A stretch of 64,000 bases of DNA from a bacterium. GTDB lineage: Bacteria; Patescibacteriota; WWE3; 2-01-FULL-39-13; JAACPI01. The stretch covers positions 5,781 to 69,780 of the forward strand of contig JAACPI010000003.1 of the NCBI GenBank assembly GCA_009995545.1, written 5' to 3'. The translations under genes were made by a program, and so were the position numbers. The notes under the pieces are model-generated. The model saw nothing but the letters and a program-made list of their open reading frames with translations, was not told the origin of the DNA and did not search any database. Position 1 is the stretch's first letter. Every line of letters starts with the position of its first letter. Below are positions 47,788-58,467 of the stretch, piece by piece.

Positions 47788-49899
47788 TTGAATCCACAGT
47801 TTACATACGAACAAAAACACCTTAAGGATACCCTAGTACTTTTAGACCACAGCTTTAAATTTTTGGATACCGAAACTAAAGACCTCTTTAAAAAATACCG
47901 CGAGGGGATAAAAGCTGCAGCAAGAAGTGGAGACAGGCAAGACAACGTCGTTGAAGAAATGGCGGCCCTAAACCAAATGATGGAGCTTAGAGGATTTAGA
48001 TACAAAGAAGCTTTAGCAGAAAGATTAAAAAGCCAGAAGCAGAAACCTTATTTTGCCCGAATTAAATTCACCCCTTTCGATACCAAGGAAGAATTAGATT
48101 TATACATAGGCAAACATAACTTTAATACTAATAAGAGTAACTTAAGAATATACGATTGGAGAGCCCCGATATGTTCACTTTACTATAATTATCCTGGCCC
48201 CGAAAAGACCGTAACTTATGAATTTGATGTACATAATCCCATAAGAATTAAAGAAATAATTCATAAAAAGATTGATGGGGATTTAAATTTACGTAGAAGT
48301 ATTGATACGGAGTATAACGAAAAAATTAAAAAACCCGAGCTAATTGCAATTTATGATAACAGTGCTCGGGTAGATTTAATGAACAAAGAAATTAGTAAAA
48401 AAACAGGAGGAGTTTTGCAAGACATTGTTCAAACTATTCAGTTAACCCAAAACAAAATAATTAGAACCGATAGAAATGCTGTTGCAGTAATACAAGGAAC
48501 CGCAGGAAGTGGAAAAACTACAGTAGCTATTCATAGAATTTCTTTTTTACTTTACTCCCACCCCGATCTTAAAGAAAAAGAAATACTTTTATTATCGGCA
48601 AGTAAGGTATTAGCAAATTACATTGAAAAAACTCTCCCCGAGCTAGAGATATACGCACTAACTAGAGACACTTTAGAGGATTTTTTACTTAAAAAACTTA
48701 AACAAAAGAACATTTTAAAACTTACCACAGCAATAAAAAAAATTAAAGATAAAGATATCTTAATAAAAACTAGCCCTAAATTTTTAAACAATCTTGATCG
48801 ATTTATTAAAGAAAAAAATGAGTATTTTACTGATTTTGTATCGGAGGCTAAATATTTTAAAGCTTTAAACCTGCAAAGATTTTTTGATAGGGGTAATCAG
48901 AGACCTGTTTTTACTATTATCGACCGAATATTAGAAAACCTACAACAACAATTGTTAGAGGTAAAAATAGAGCGAAAAAAAGGCAATATTACTGTAGAAA
49001 GTAAAATAGATGTAATAGAAGAAACTATTACCGATTTAAAATTTATAAAAGAAGACTTAAAAATAGAAGTTTTATATAAAGAATTTTTGCAAACCCATTA
49101 CCCAAAATTACCTTCAGCAAGCAAGGGTTTAATAGATATCGTAATTTTATATTACCTAGCTAATGGTTTAGTTCAGATCGTAGAAGATGAAGATAAATTT
49201 AGACAAATTGTAGTAGATGAGGGCCAGGAATTATCTGAGATACATTTTAGAATTATTAAAGACTTAGGATTTAAAGCGGGTTACACAATTTTAGGAGACT
49301 TAAACCAATCTACAGAGGACTCCGGAAGTATTAGCGACTGGTCAGATTTAGAAAAAGTTTTTAAGGATAAAAAGATCGAGAATTTCAATATAAAAACTAG
49401 TTATAGAAACACTAAACAAATAAGTGAGTACAGTAGAAAAATATTAGAAAAGTTTAAAGATTTTAAATATTTACCAGAACCCTTTGACAGAAATGGAAAG
49501 AATCCCAAGGTAATTGAGGTAGCCACCAAAGAGCAAATTCTTGAATCTATCATAAAAGATATTACAGATTTAAAAAATAAAGGAAATAAGGGAGCAGTAG
49601 GTATTCTAGAGCCAAACGATAAAAGTTTACAAAAAACTTTTGATTACCTAAAAAGCAAAAAACTAAAATTTAGCCTAATAACAGAAGACTTTAAAAATTT
49701 TACCAGCACTGGGATTTATTTAGTAAACCAAGAGTTAGTAAAAGGCTTAGAGTTTGACACGGTGTTTATTATTGACCCTAACCAAAAATTATTTCCACCT
49801 ACTCCCCTATCAGCAAAAAAACTTTTTGTTATGTGTACAAGGGCAATAAATAATTTATATATCTATCACTGTCAACCCTTAAGTGAATTACTGGTTTAA
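47788..49899 (+). CDS. UvrD/Rep-superfamily DNA helicase (HelD/helicase IV-like architecture)
   Basis: Walker A GTAGSGKTT. DExx VVDEGQELS. C-terminal GLEFDTVFI and MCTRA motifs. Confidence 0.6.
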   Translation: MNPQFTYEQKHLKDTLVLLDHSFKFLDTETKDLFKKYREGIKAAARSGDRQDNVVEEMAALNQMMELRGFRYKEALAERLKSQKQKPYFARIKFTPFDTKEELDLYIGKHNFNTNKSNLRIYDWRAPICSLYYNYPGPEKTVTYEFDVHNPIRIKEIIHKKIDGDLNLRRSIDTEYNEKIKKPELIAIYDNSARVDLMNKEISKKTGGVLQDIVQTIQLTQNKIIRTDRNAVAVIQGTAGSGKTTVAIHRISFLLYSHPDLKEKEILLLSASKVLANYIEKTLPELEIYALTRDTLEDFLLKKLKQKNILKLTTAIKKIKDKDILIKTSPKFLNNLDRFIKEKNEYFTDFVSEAKYFKALNLQRFFDRGNQRPVFTIIDRILENLQQQLLEVKIERKKGNITVESKIDVIEETITDLKFIKEDLKIEVLYKEFLQTHYPKLPSASKGLIDIVILYYLANGLVQIVEDEDKFRQIVVDEGQELSEIHFRIIKDLGFKAGYTILGDLNQSTEDSGSISDWSDLEKVFKDKKIENFNIKTSYRNTKQISEYSRKILEKFKDFKYLPEPFDRNGKNPKVIEVATKEQILESIIKDITDLKNKGNKGAVGILEPNDKSLQKTFDYLKSKKLKFSLITEDFKNFTSTGIYLVNQELVKGLEFDTVFIIDPNQKLFPPTPLSAKKLFVMCTRAINNLYIYHCQPLSELLV

Positions 49900-49907
49900 A
49901 AATATAC

Positions 49908-50984
49908 CTAAACCATTAACTTAAAACCAAATCCCCTTACATTAACAATTGTATTTTCGGGCAACCCGTATAAATTCAACTTATTTCTAACCCTTTGAAT
50001 TAATTTAGAAATACCCCAAAAAGAAAACTTAAGACTGTCTTCTACACCATATAATTCTTTAGAAAAAGCATCAAAGCTTACTGTGTGATTAGCATTAACT
50101 ACTAAAACCTTTAAAACCTTAAACTCATACGGGCTAAAATCTTTAGTTATATCTTTATTAAATAGTTTTAATTTATTTTCTTTTTCATCATAGGAAAAAT
50201 TAATACCGGAGGGCAAATTTAGAATCTTTAAATATTCAAGACCTTTTGATCTTAATTTTATATTCTCTTCTTGATCAACAACGTTAAGGGTAGTTTTAAA
50301 GTCTTTTGCATTCAATACAAATTTTGTTATAAAGTCACTTACCATTTCTGTTTCTCGCCACGAAACTTTTTTACTGTACTCTTTCTCTAATAAACCTTTA
50401 GTTATGCTAGAAGCCAGTCCTTCTAAAATTGTTCCGTAGGGCGCATCTACTCTTTTTGTTATCTGTATTTTGTGATGTTTCGAATTTAGTTTTTTTCCTC
50501 GCAAAGTTTTAAAAGACATATAAACCCCAAAATGAGTTGGGATAATTTCAACCTCAAAAGTATGCCCTTTATAGAAAGGGATTAAATCTACAAGTCTATC
50601 TAAAGCGCTAAGGACTAACCCTGTAGTGTCTTTTTCTAACTTTAACAAATATTTTGCCGTCAGTTTTTTAAATAATTCCTTTTGAACCAATTGCAGTACA
50701 ACTTTGTTAGATAACTCAGAGTTCGTTATTTTTTTGGGATAATTTTTAGTAAGTATCTTTGCATAATCTAACCTAGGAAGAATTATTGAGTTTTCGTATA
50801 GATAATTTTTGGTATTAATATCATCCAAAACGGCCCATCCATTTTGTATATAGAACCCACTTAAGATACCTTCTAAGGTGTGAAGTATTCTAGCTGACTC
50901 GGTATAGACAGAATAATTAATATATACACTATTCATTACCCTATTATACTTACTATGGGTTTTAAATACAATCCACATTGGCAA
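49908..50984 (-). CDS. Transcriptional regulator with C-terminal OmpR/PhoB-type winged-helix DNA-binding domain. No receiver domain; unknown N-terminal domain.
   Basis: C-terminus YEFKVLKVLVVNANHTVSFDAFSKELYG...ISKLIQRVRNKL...IVNVRGFGFKL. Confidence 0.5.
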   Translation of the reverse strand: MPMWIVFKTHSKYNRVMNSVYINYSVYTESARILHTLEGILSGFYIQNGWAVLDDINTKNYLYENSIILPRLDYAKILTKNYPKKITNSELSNKVVLQLVQKELFKKLTAKYLLKLEKDTTGLVLSALDRLVDLIPFYKGHTFEVEIIPTHFGVYMSFKTLRGKKLNSKHHKIQITKRVDAPYGTILEGLASSITKGLLEKEYSKKVSWRETEMVSDFITKFVLNAKDFKTTLNVVDQEENIKLRSKGLEYLKILNLPSGINFSYDEKENKLKLFNKDITKDFSPYEFKVLKVLVVNANHTVSFDAFSKELYGVEDSLKFSFWGISKLIQRVRNKLNLYGLPENTIVNVRGFGFKLMV

Positions 50985-51049
50985 ACTATGTCAAACTTCC
51001 AACGATACTCGGCTCCATAATCGAACAACCATAACAAATTCAACTTAGT

Positions 51050-52753
51050 ATGAAAAGTATATCTGGATTAAGGGCATTAGAATTCAACCCCGAAATTGAA
51101 GGGCTAGAAGATACTATCTTGGGTATTAAAGCGGAATTTGATAGAGTAATGGGTGAAAGATCCTTTGTCGATCCTGAGAGTCAGTACCTAGGGGTAACGA
51201 ACGACCAGGAAGAGTACACGCTGACCCCTAATTCAGATGGTAGGATTTCAATTTCAATGAAGTATAATCTTGAACCTGGGGATCCTAGAATGGATGTTTC
51301 TATAGAGCAAGGGCAACACCTGGAATTATGGGTGGACCAGGAAGAAATAGGGGTGGCTCAACTCTCAAATCAAACTACTAGGCTTCACGAAATTCTTATT
51401 AAAACTCCTGTACTAAGTTCGAGCGCCGCATTAGTAGAGGGTTTTAGTCCACCATTGGTGGCCTTACTTAAAGATATACCCTTACCCCAAAAAGTAGAGG
51501 AACTGGTAAGAAAGGAAATCTCAGCACTTTGTGAAAATACATTTAATGCAGTAACTAGGGCACTTGCAAATAGAGAGGTCGAAAACAGACATGTAATAGA
51601 ATGGTCAATAGAGGGTAGTCAGTACTCACTTGCAGAAATAAGAGTACATCTACTAGAAAATGAAGCAATGATAATTGAATTTTTTCATACACAATTTCCC
51701 ACAAAAAAATACGAAGATAGAGTAGAAGTACGCGAGAGTATAGTGTACTCACATACCCAACATACTTTCTCTACTACCACACCAAAACCAGATTCCTTAT
51801 TACCAGACTTAAGAAAATTCGAATATATAATTCGCTCTTGTCCATTAATACCCGCGCATAGACATGGTCCCATATTTAGATTTAATTACCAAGGTGGGTA
51901 TATTGATATAAAAGAAGATTTTCTAACGGTCCAAGAAATTACATCAATTAAAATTTTAGGTCTGGCACGACACATAGGTTACTTTTCAAATTTATGTCAT
52001 GATCAAATAAATTCTAATATGAGCGCTCTAACAGATGATGAACTTTACGCGCTTAATATACTCCCAAGAGACTTACTCTTATTTGACCCAGAAAAATTTT
52101 GGGGTTGGGAAAGAGAATTTTTGAAAATAGATAAAAATGCGGGATTATATCCTGTGAGTTTCAAAGATCTACATAAAACTAGAGTTGCTTTGGCTATAAT
52201 CAAGCAATACCTGATAAACTGGAATATAGATCAACAAAATGTTTTAATTCTATGTGCCGAACTACAAAACAAACAATATGAGTTAGCGGAAAAAATTGAA
52301 ACTGAAGCTGAGAGGATTTATGATCTGGCCTGCGAAATTGTCCCAGAATCATTAGATGGTGATTACCACATTATTACTTTAGTACACAAGGGATCAAACT
52401 ATAGACACAAAGTTTATCTTTCTAGAGATAAAGATAGAATGTTTATTGAATCCGAGTACAGGTATCAAAAACCCCCAAAAGACCTTATTAAATATGTCTT
52501 CGATTGCTATCCCGACAATAAAGAAATTATGCGCAGCCGACATACAGAAGAAGTTACGGTAGTTGATAGAGATAGAAAAATATCTTTTGTTGGAGTGGGA
52601 GGCCAAAGTTCTGTAATAGGAACATTAAATGAGGCAGACATAACTCGGATCCAGAATATCGGCAAGCTTTTATCCGATCTCTCCCAAATAGATGAAACGG
52701 AACTTCATAGGGGAGCATCTTGGGGAGATTTTTATTACTCAACTTTTGGATAA
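51050..52753 (+). CDS. Hypothetical protein (567 aa) with GC content above genome background
   Basis: Long ORF. No motif recognised. Confidence 0.4.
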   Translation: MKSISGLRALEFNPEIEGLEDTILGIKAEFDRVMGERSFVDPESQYLGVTNDQEEYTLTPNSDGRISISMKYNLEPGDPRMDVSIEQGQHLELWVDQEEIGVAQLSNQTTRLHEILIKTPVLSSSAALVEGFSPPLVALLKDIPLPQKVEELVRKEISALCENTFNAVTRALANREVENRHVIEWSIEGSQYSLAEIRVHLLENEAMIIEFFHTQFPTKKYEDRVEVRESIVYSHTQHTFSTTTPKPDSLLPDLRKFEYIIRSCPLIPAHRHGPIFRFNYQGGYIDIKEDFLTVQEITSIKILGLARHIGYFSNLCHDQINSNMSALTDDELYALNILPRDLLLFDPEKFWGWEREFLKIDKNAGLYPVSFKDLHKTRVALAIIKQYLINWNIDQQNVLILCAELQNKQYELAEKIETEAERIYDLACEIVPESLDGDYHIITLVHKGSNYRHKVYLSRDKDRMFIESEYRYQKPPKDLIKYVFDCYPDNKEIMRSRHTEEVTVVDRDRKISFVGVGGQSSVIGTLNEADITRIQNIGKLLSDLSQIDETELHRGASWGDFYYSTFG

Positions 52754-52780
52754 AACTTTTAATACCTTCGGCTAGATACT

Positions 52781-53905
52781 TTAAACAATACTCTCAGTCT
52801 GTAATTGTTTTTTAATATCTAACCACCTATTAAACTTAGCTATTCTCTCGCCTCTTTGTAGGCCGCCAAACTTAACGTACTCGGCTCCAACACCAACTGC
52901 CAAATCGGTAATAAAATCGTCGTTCGTGTCCCCCCCTCTGTGACTAACTATAATAGTCCAAATTTCTTGTCTTGCAGTTTTAATAGCTTCAATAGTTTCG
53001 GTTATGGTACCAATTTGATTCGGTTTTATTATTACCGCATTAGCCATTTTTTCTTTTTGAGCATTTTTTATTAAAAGTTTGTTACTTGTTGTTAAATCAT
53101 CAGCTACTACTCTAATTTTGTTGCTGTACTTTAAATAAAAATCTTTCCAGCCTAAATAGTCTTTTTCATCTTTAGGGTCTTCGATAGAAAAAATATTGTA
53201 ATCTTTAAGCATAGTTTCAAAATCAAAAGCATCTCCTTCTCTTGAGGCCTCGGCTATATCAATAGCTATTTGTTTGTCAGGGGCAATTTGTTTAATTAAA
53301 GAAAGCACACCTGAGTCATGCAAGGTACTGCTTGTAAAAGCCCCCTCTAACCCATACCCAGTAAATAAACTATTTGCATCTAAGTGATGTTTAAACTTTG
53401 AAATTAGATCCATAGACTCTTCAACACTTTCGGTAATAAGCATAAATTCTTGCGCAGTAATATACTTACTTCCATGTTTACCCCCTTCAAAGATCAATAA
53501 AAAGAACTTAGGTAATTTAGGGATAAAACCGAAAGTACTACTTATATACTCATAAGTTTCTAACTTTTGGGCCTTAGCAAATAATTTGGTAGCAGCAATA
53601 GATAAAGCTAATATAAGATTTGCACCAAGTTCAGACTTATTTGCAGTACCATCTTTTTCAATTAAAAAAGTATCAAAGTCTTTTAACGTATTAAAGTCTT
53701 TAGATAAAAGATCGGCTTTAATGCTGTTTAACTTTTCTTCGGCTTTTAAGGGGTCAATAGTTAGCGCTTCCGCTTCTCCAAAAGATTCGCCTTGAGGAAC
53801 ACTTGCTACAGTGGAATTTCCAGATGAGTCGGTTAAGGATATTTCAATAGTCCATTTTCCTAAAGAATTAAGAATGGTTTTAAACTCAATTTTTTGAAGT
53901 TTCAT
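52781..53905 (-). CDS. eno: Enolase, shortened (~374 aa). Start placed at MKLQKI.
   Basis: N-terminus IEFKTILNSLGKWTIEISL...SVPQGESFGEAEA. Catalytic blocks IKPNQIGTITE and VSHRGGDTNDDF. Tail KFNRWLDIKKQL. Confidence 0.65.
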   Translation of the reverse strand: MKLQKIEFKTILNSLGKWTIEISLTDSSGNSTVASVPQGESFGEAEALTIDPLKAEEKLNSIKADLLSKDFNTLKDFDTFLIEKDGTANKSELGANLILALSIAATKLFAKAQKLETYEYISSTFGFIPKLPKFFLLIFEGGKHGSKYITAQEFMLITESVEESMDLISKFKHHLDANSLFTGYGLEGAFTSSTLHDSGVLSLIKQIAPDKQIAIDIAEASREGDAFDFETMLKDYNIFSIEDPKDEKDYLGWKDFYLKYSNKIRVVADDLTTSNKLLIKNAQKEKMANAVIIKPNQIGTITETIEAIKTARQEIWTIIVSHRGGDTNDDFITDLAVGVGAEYVKFGGLQRGERIAKFNRWLDIKKQLQTESIV

Positions 53906-54608
53906 TGGGCAAAAGTTGCAGATGTAAAATGGCCTCACCACTTACTTTACTGGCAGAAATTGTTTTTAATACTTCTTCTATATTTCCATAATACACCCGT
54001 TCAAACTTTTTAGTAAGTTCTAAGCCTAGCGAAACTAAACACGTTGGATATACTTCAAAAATTAATTTTAAAGTTTTTTCTAAACGGTGTTTACTTTCTA
54101 AAATTACAAATGTAGTTTTTGTAATATTATTTATATCGTTAAAAGAGTTTAAAGTTTTGGTACACTTACCTATTTTTTTAGGTAAAAAGCCTACAAACAT
54201 AAAATTATTTGTGGGTAAACCCGAAATGGATAAGTGAGAAATGATCGAGCTTGCACCAGGAACACACAAAATTTCAATTTCTAGTTTATTAGCACGTATA
54301 AAACTAATAATTTCGTAACCGGGATCGCTAATTAAAGGGGTGCCTGCCTCCGAAACTAAAGCTGAATTTTTAGTATTTTTAAGTAATTCTATTACTTTAG
54401 GTAAATCTTGTTTGCTGTTAAAATCCGCAAAGGTAACCAGTCTTTTACCAGAAATATTTAAGTTTAAAAGTGAAAATAATTTTCGAGTAGTTGGTTGATT
54501 TTCAGTAATTATTAAATCAGCCTCTTGTAAAACACGCATAGCACGGCTAGAAACATCCTCTAAGTTACCGATAGGTGTTGCTACAACGTACAGTTTGTTT
54601 TCTTCCAT
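53886..54608 (-). CDS. rsmI: 16S rRNA (cytidine1402-2'-O)-methyltransferase RsmI
   Basis: YVVATPIGNLEDVSSRAMRVLQEADLIITE, tetrapyrrole-methylase fold. Confidence 0.8.
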   Translation of the reverse strand: MEENKLYVVATPIGNLEDVSSRAMRVLQEADLIITENQPTTRKLFSLLNLNISGKRLVTFADFNSKQDLPKVIELLKNTKNSALVSEAGTPLISDPGYEIISFIRANKLEIEILCVPGASSIISHLSISGLPTNNFMFVGFLPKKIGKCTKTLNSFNDINNITKTTFVILESKHRLEKTLKLIFEVYPTCLVSLGLELTKKFERVYYGNIEEVLKTISASKVSGEAILHLQLLPNETSKN

Positions 54609-54641
54609 CTATAAAGTATAACAGTCGCAAGTAAAAACCCT

Positions 54642-55595
54642 CTAATTTGGGTTTTTAACCGCCATTTTGTTTATAAAATAAACAAACAGAGCACCAAAGG
54701 AGATTAGCAGTATTCCAAGCAAATGCTCTGTATTATAAAGATTAGGAAGGCTACTTACAGACTCTGTATGTTTAACACAGTTTAAAGTAATTCCGTTTAC
54801 AGGCTCGCAAACTTCTCCTAGCGTTTTTACAATTTGAAATGGCCATATTTTTCTTACTGCGCCCAAAACAAATCCAGCTAATAAAGACACTGCTAGATCA
54901 TGGTAATTATCAAAAACATATTTTAATAATTTTGAAAAAACTATTAAACCTAGGGCTGCTCCTAAAGCCACTAACCCGACTGTTATAAAATCTCGATTAT
55001 TCACAGCACTTAAAACAGTTTCATACTTTCCCAGTAATACCAAGATAAAAGACCCAGAAATTCCAGGCAGGATCATAGCCATACTAGCCAAAGCACCACT
55101 TAAAAGTATAAATAAAGGTGTATCCGGAGTTTTAGAAGGAGCCAACCCAACTAGAACAAAAGCAAAAACTGCACCAAAAGCAAAAAAGAGATAAGGCTTT
55201 ATTTCCCATTTTTTAACCCTACTCGATATAGTAGGGACACTGGCTAAAATTAAACCTGTAAAGAAGGACCAAATATAGATTGGCTGGTTTTTAAGTAAGT
55301 ATTCTAAACCGTGAGATAACGATAAAATTGCTGTAACAATTCCAAAACCTAACACGGTTAAAAACTGCCAAGGAAATGTTTTTAAAATATCTTTAATTTT
55401 AAATTTTAATACTTTGGTAATTAATTCCTTGTTTATGGACGAAATTGCGGAGATTAGCTCCTCGTATATACCAAGTATAAATGCCATCGTCCCACCACTT
55501 ACTCCAGGTACTAAATCCGCTGAGCCCATTAAAACACCAGAAAAGTACAGTTTAATATAGTCTCTTAAAGATCTTTTTTGTTTTATTTTTTGCAT
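54642..55595 (-). CDS. DUF368-family membrane protein (putative polyprenyl-phosphate transporter)
   Basis: Two copies of the P-G-[IV]-S-[GR]-SG motif (VPGVSGGTMAF, LPGISGSFIL). Multi-TM. Confidence 0.6.
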   Translation of the reverse strand: MQKIKQKRSLRDYIKLYFSGVLMGSADLVPGVSGGTMAFILGIYEELISAISSINKELITKVLKFKIKDILKTFPWQFLTVLGFGIVTAILSLSHGLEYLLKNQPIYIWSFFTGLILASVPTISSRVKKWEIKPYLFFAFGAVFAFVLVGLAPSKTPDTPLFILLSGALASMAMILPGISGSFILVLLGKYETVLSAVNNRDFITVGLVALGAALGLIVFSKLLKYVFDNYHDLAVSLLAGFVLGAVRKIWPFQIVKTLGEVCEPVNGITLNCVKHTESVSSLPNLYNTEHLLGILLISFGALFVYFINKMAVKNPN

Positions 55596-55719
55596 AAAGT
55601 AAGATTACCTAAGTACTAACTGGTTGGCAATAATTCGTAAATTATAGGTATTTTACAATCGTCTTATTTCGGGTATAATTTGTGTAGTACCAAATTTAAC
55701 CCAAAAGTTACATTACACA

Positions 55720-56334
55720 ATGCCTATCACACTTTATAAGAGACAAAAAGAACTAGTAGATTACTTAAATCAGTATATTCAGAAATTTGGTTATGCACCA
55801 ACTTTAACAGACATTGCCGAAGCTATGGGACTATCTTCCTTAGCAACAGTGCACGAACACCTTGCAGCTTTAGAAAAAAAGGGGGTTATTAGAAAATTTG
55901 AAGGACAAGTAAGGGGGATAGAATTAGTAGATGCATACTCAAACTCAGCCTTAGAAGCAATCGAGCTTCCTGTGGTAGGTAAGATTGCAGCTGGAAAGCC
56001 TATTGAGGCGATACAGGATATGGATCAAACTATTTTAGTGTCACCTAATATGATAAGTAGTAGTAAACGTAACTTTGTTTTAAAAGTAGTTGGTAATTCT
56101 ATGATAGAAGATGGAATAAACAGCGGAGACTATGTGGTAATAGAACAAAGAGAAACAGCCAGTAACGGCGAAATTGTAGTTGCTTTAATTGACGGAGAAT
56201 TTGCTACTTTAAAAAGATACTACAACGAAAAAGGGAAAATTAAGTTAGTACCTGCAAATAGCGAAATGCAACCAATTTTTCCGGATAACTGTATAGTTCA
56301 GGGTGTTGTAAAAGGACTAATTAGAAAATACTAA
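55720..56334 (+). CDS. lexA: LexA repressor (S24 peptidase)
   Basis: N-terminal wHTH (LTDIAEAMGLSSLATVHEHL). C-terminal VVGNSMIEDGI and catalytic K. Confidence 0.85.
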   Translation: MPITLYKRQKELVDYLNQYIQKFGYAPTLTDIAEAMGLSSLATVHEHLAALEKKGVIRKFEGQVRGIELVDAYSNSALEAIELPVVGKIAAGKPIEAIQDMDQTILVSPNMISSSKRNFVLKVVGNSMIEDGINSGDYVVIEQRETASNGEIVVALIDGEFATLKRYYNEKGKIKLVPANSEMQPIFPDNCIVQGVVKGLIRKY

Positions 56335-56350
56335 ATTTAAATATTTAGAA

Positions 56351-58453
56351 ATGTTTGATTTAGTATCAACGTATTCCCCGGCAGGAGATCAACCAAGGGC
56401 AATTAAAGAACTTACAAAAAGAGTAAAAGATAAAGAGAAAAACACAGTTTTACTAGGTGTTACTGGAAGTGGTAAAACCTATACAATTGCAAATGTAGTT
56501 AAAGAAATAAACAAGCCCACCTTAGTTATTAGTCACAATAAAACTTTAGCTGGGCAACTTTTTCAAGAATTTAGAGACTTTTTTCCAAACAATGCTGTCG
56601 AGTACTTTGTAAGTTATTATGATTACTACCAACCTGAAAGCTATATTCCAAGCAGTGATACCTATATAGAAAAAGAGGCTGAGAGAAACGATGAAATTGA
56701 TCGTTTAAGACTTTCTGCAACTACTAGTCTTAGTACTAGAAAAGATGTTTTAGTAGTTGCATCTGTAAGCTGTATTTATAATCTTGGCTCCCCTATCGAG
56801 TATGCAAGCAATATTATAGAAGTTGTTAAAGGAATGAATTTACGAAGACAAGACCTATTTTTAAAACTGTCAGATTTGCAGTACGAGCGAAACGATTTTG
56901 AACTAAAACGATCTACTTATAAAGTAGCCGGAGATAGCATTAATATTTACCCAAGTTATGAAAAAGAAATTGTTAAATTTGTTTTTTTAGAAAATACCCT
57001 AACCAATATTTTTAGAGTAGATCCAATTACTGGAATTATTTTGCAAGAACTTAACCAATTTAGTCTTTTTCCAGCTAAACATTACGTAACCGCAGAAGAA
57101 CGAAAAGAGCAGGGTTTAAAAAATATGGAAATTGATTTAAATAAAAGAATTGAAGAACTTAAACAAAGTGGAAGAGTTGTAGAAGCCTATCGTTTAGAGC
57201 AAAGAACAAAACACGATATAGAAATGATTAACGAGGTAGGGTACTGTAGCGGAATAGAAAATTATTCAATTTATTTTGATGGACGAAAACAGGGTGACTC
57301 CCCTTTTACTTTATTAGACTTTTTTCCTAAAGATTATTTATTAGTTATCGACGAGTCACATATAACGGTACCCCAAATTGGAGGTATGTCTGCAGGAGAC
57401 AGGAGTCGAAAAGAAACTTTAGTTGAATACGGTTTTAGGTTACCGAGTGCTCTGGATAACAGACCTTTAAACTTTACGGAATTTGAACGAAGAATGGGCC
57501 AAAGTACTATTTATACCAGTGCCACACCTGGGGACTTTGAATTAACTAGAATTAAAGCCTCTACCTCAAAGAAAAAAGGTAAATTAGCGGATAAACCTGA
57601 GGTAACCAAGCAATACTTTAGTGATCTTAAAAAGCATAAAGGGATAATAGAACTTATTGTTAGACCAACAGGATTAATAGACCCCGAAATAGAAGTTAAA
57701 CCAACAGAAGGTCAAATAGAAGATTTAATAAAAAATATAAAGCAAACTATTTCTAAAGATCAAAGAGTATTGGTAACAACTCTAACTAAGAGAATGTCCG
57801 AAGAACTAAGTAGGTATATCGAAGATAGGGGTATTAAAGTAGCCTACTTACACAGTGATATAGAAACTTTGGATAGAGCAGATATTTTAGCCGACTTTAG
57901 GAAAGGTACTTACGATGTAGTTGTAGGTATAAACCTTTTAAGAGAGGGTTTAGACTTACCCGAGGTAAGCCTTGTTGCAATTTTAGACGCCGATAAAGAA
58001 GGGTTTTTAAGAAGTGATAAAAGTTTAATTCAAACAATGGGTAGAGCGGCCCGGAATTTAGATGGTAGAGTAATAATGTACGCCGATAAAATAACTGGAA
58101 GTATGAAGCGAGCAATGGACGAAATTGAGCGAAGACGAAAAATACAACGAGCTTATAATTTAAAACACGACATAACACCAACGAGTATTATAAAACCTTT
58201 TAGAGAAGTAATTATTGAGCGAGAAGACAAAAATAAGGAAAAAGACTACAAAGCTCAGGTTTTAAAAGATTCCTCGATTACTTCTGAGGATATGCAAGTA
58301 GAAGATTATGAGTATAAAACAATGGCTAAAACAGCTAAAAAAGATTTAATTAAAAGACTAGAGTCCCAAATGAAAAAACTCGCTCAAAATCTAGAATTTG
58401 AAAAAGCTAGTGTAATAAGAGATAAGGTTTTGGAATTAAAGAGAATTAAGTAA
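56351..58453 (+). CDS. uvrB: Excinuclease ABC subunit B
   Basis: GVTGSGKT, helicase motifs, UvrB beta-hairpin, C-terminal UVR domain. 16 nt after lexA. Confidence 0.95.
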   Translation: MFDLVSTYSPAGDQPRAIKELTKRVKDKEKNTVLLGVTGSGKTYTIANVVKEINKPTLVISHNKTLAGQLFQEFRDFFPNNAVEYFVSYYDYYQPESYIPSSDTYIEKEAERNDEIDRLRLSATTSLSTRKDVLVVASVSCIYNLGSPIEYASNIIEVVKGMNLRRQDLFLKLSDLQYERNDFELKRSTYKVAGDSINIYPSYEKEIVKFVFLENTLTNIFRVDPITGIILQELNQFSLFPAKHYVTAEERKEQGLKNMEIDLNKRIEELKQSGRVVEAYRLEQRTKHDIEMINEVGYCSGIENYSIYFDGRKQGDSPFTLLDFFPKDYLLVIDESHITVPQIGGMSAGDRSRKETLVEYGFRLPSALDNRPLNFTEFERRMGQSTIYTSATPGDFELTRIKASTSKKKGKLADKPEVTKQYFSDLKKHKGIIELIVRPTGLIDPEIEVKPTEGQIEDLIKNIKQTISKDQRVLVTTLTKRMSEELSRYIEDRGIKVAYLHSDIETLDRADILADFRKGTYDVVVGINLLREGLDLPEVSLVAILDADKEGFLRSDKSLIQTMGRAARNLDGRVIMYADKITGSMKRAMDEIERRRKIQRAYNLKHDITPTSIIKPFREVIIEREDKNKEKDYKAQVLKDSSITSEDMQVEDYEYKTMAKTAKKDLIKRLESQMKKLAQNLEFEKASVIRDKVLELKRIK

Positions 58454-58467
58454 ATGCTGAGTTAATT

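Noticed and set aside
55596-55719. LexA/SOS box upstream of lexA
   Set aside because: Only weak, non-canonical inverted repeats were found. No CGAAC…GTTCG or CTGT…ACAG type palindrome, so no operator is called.
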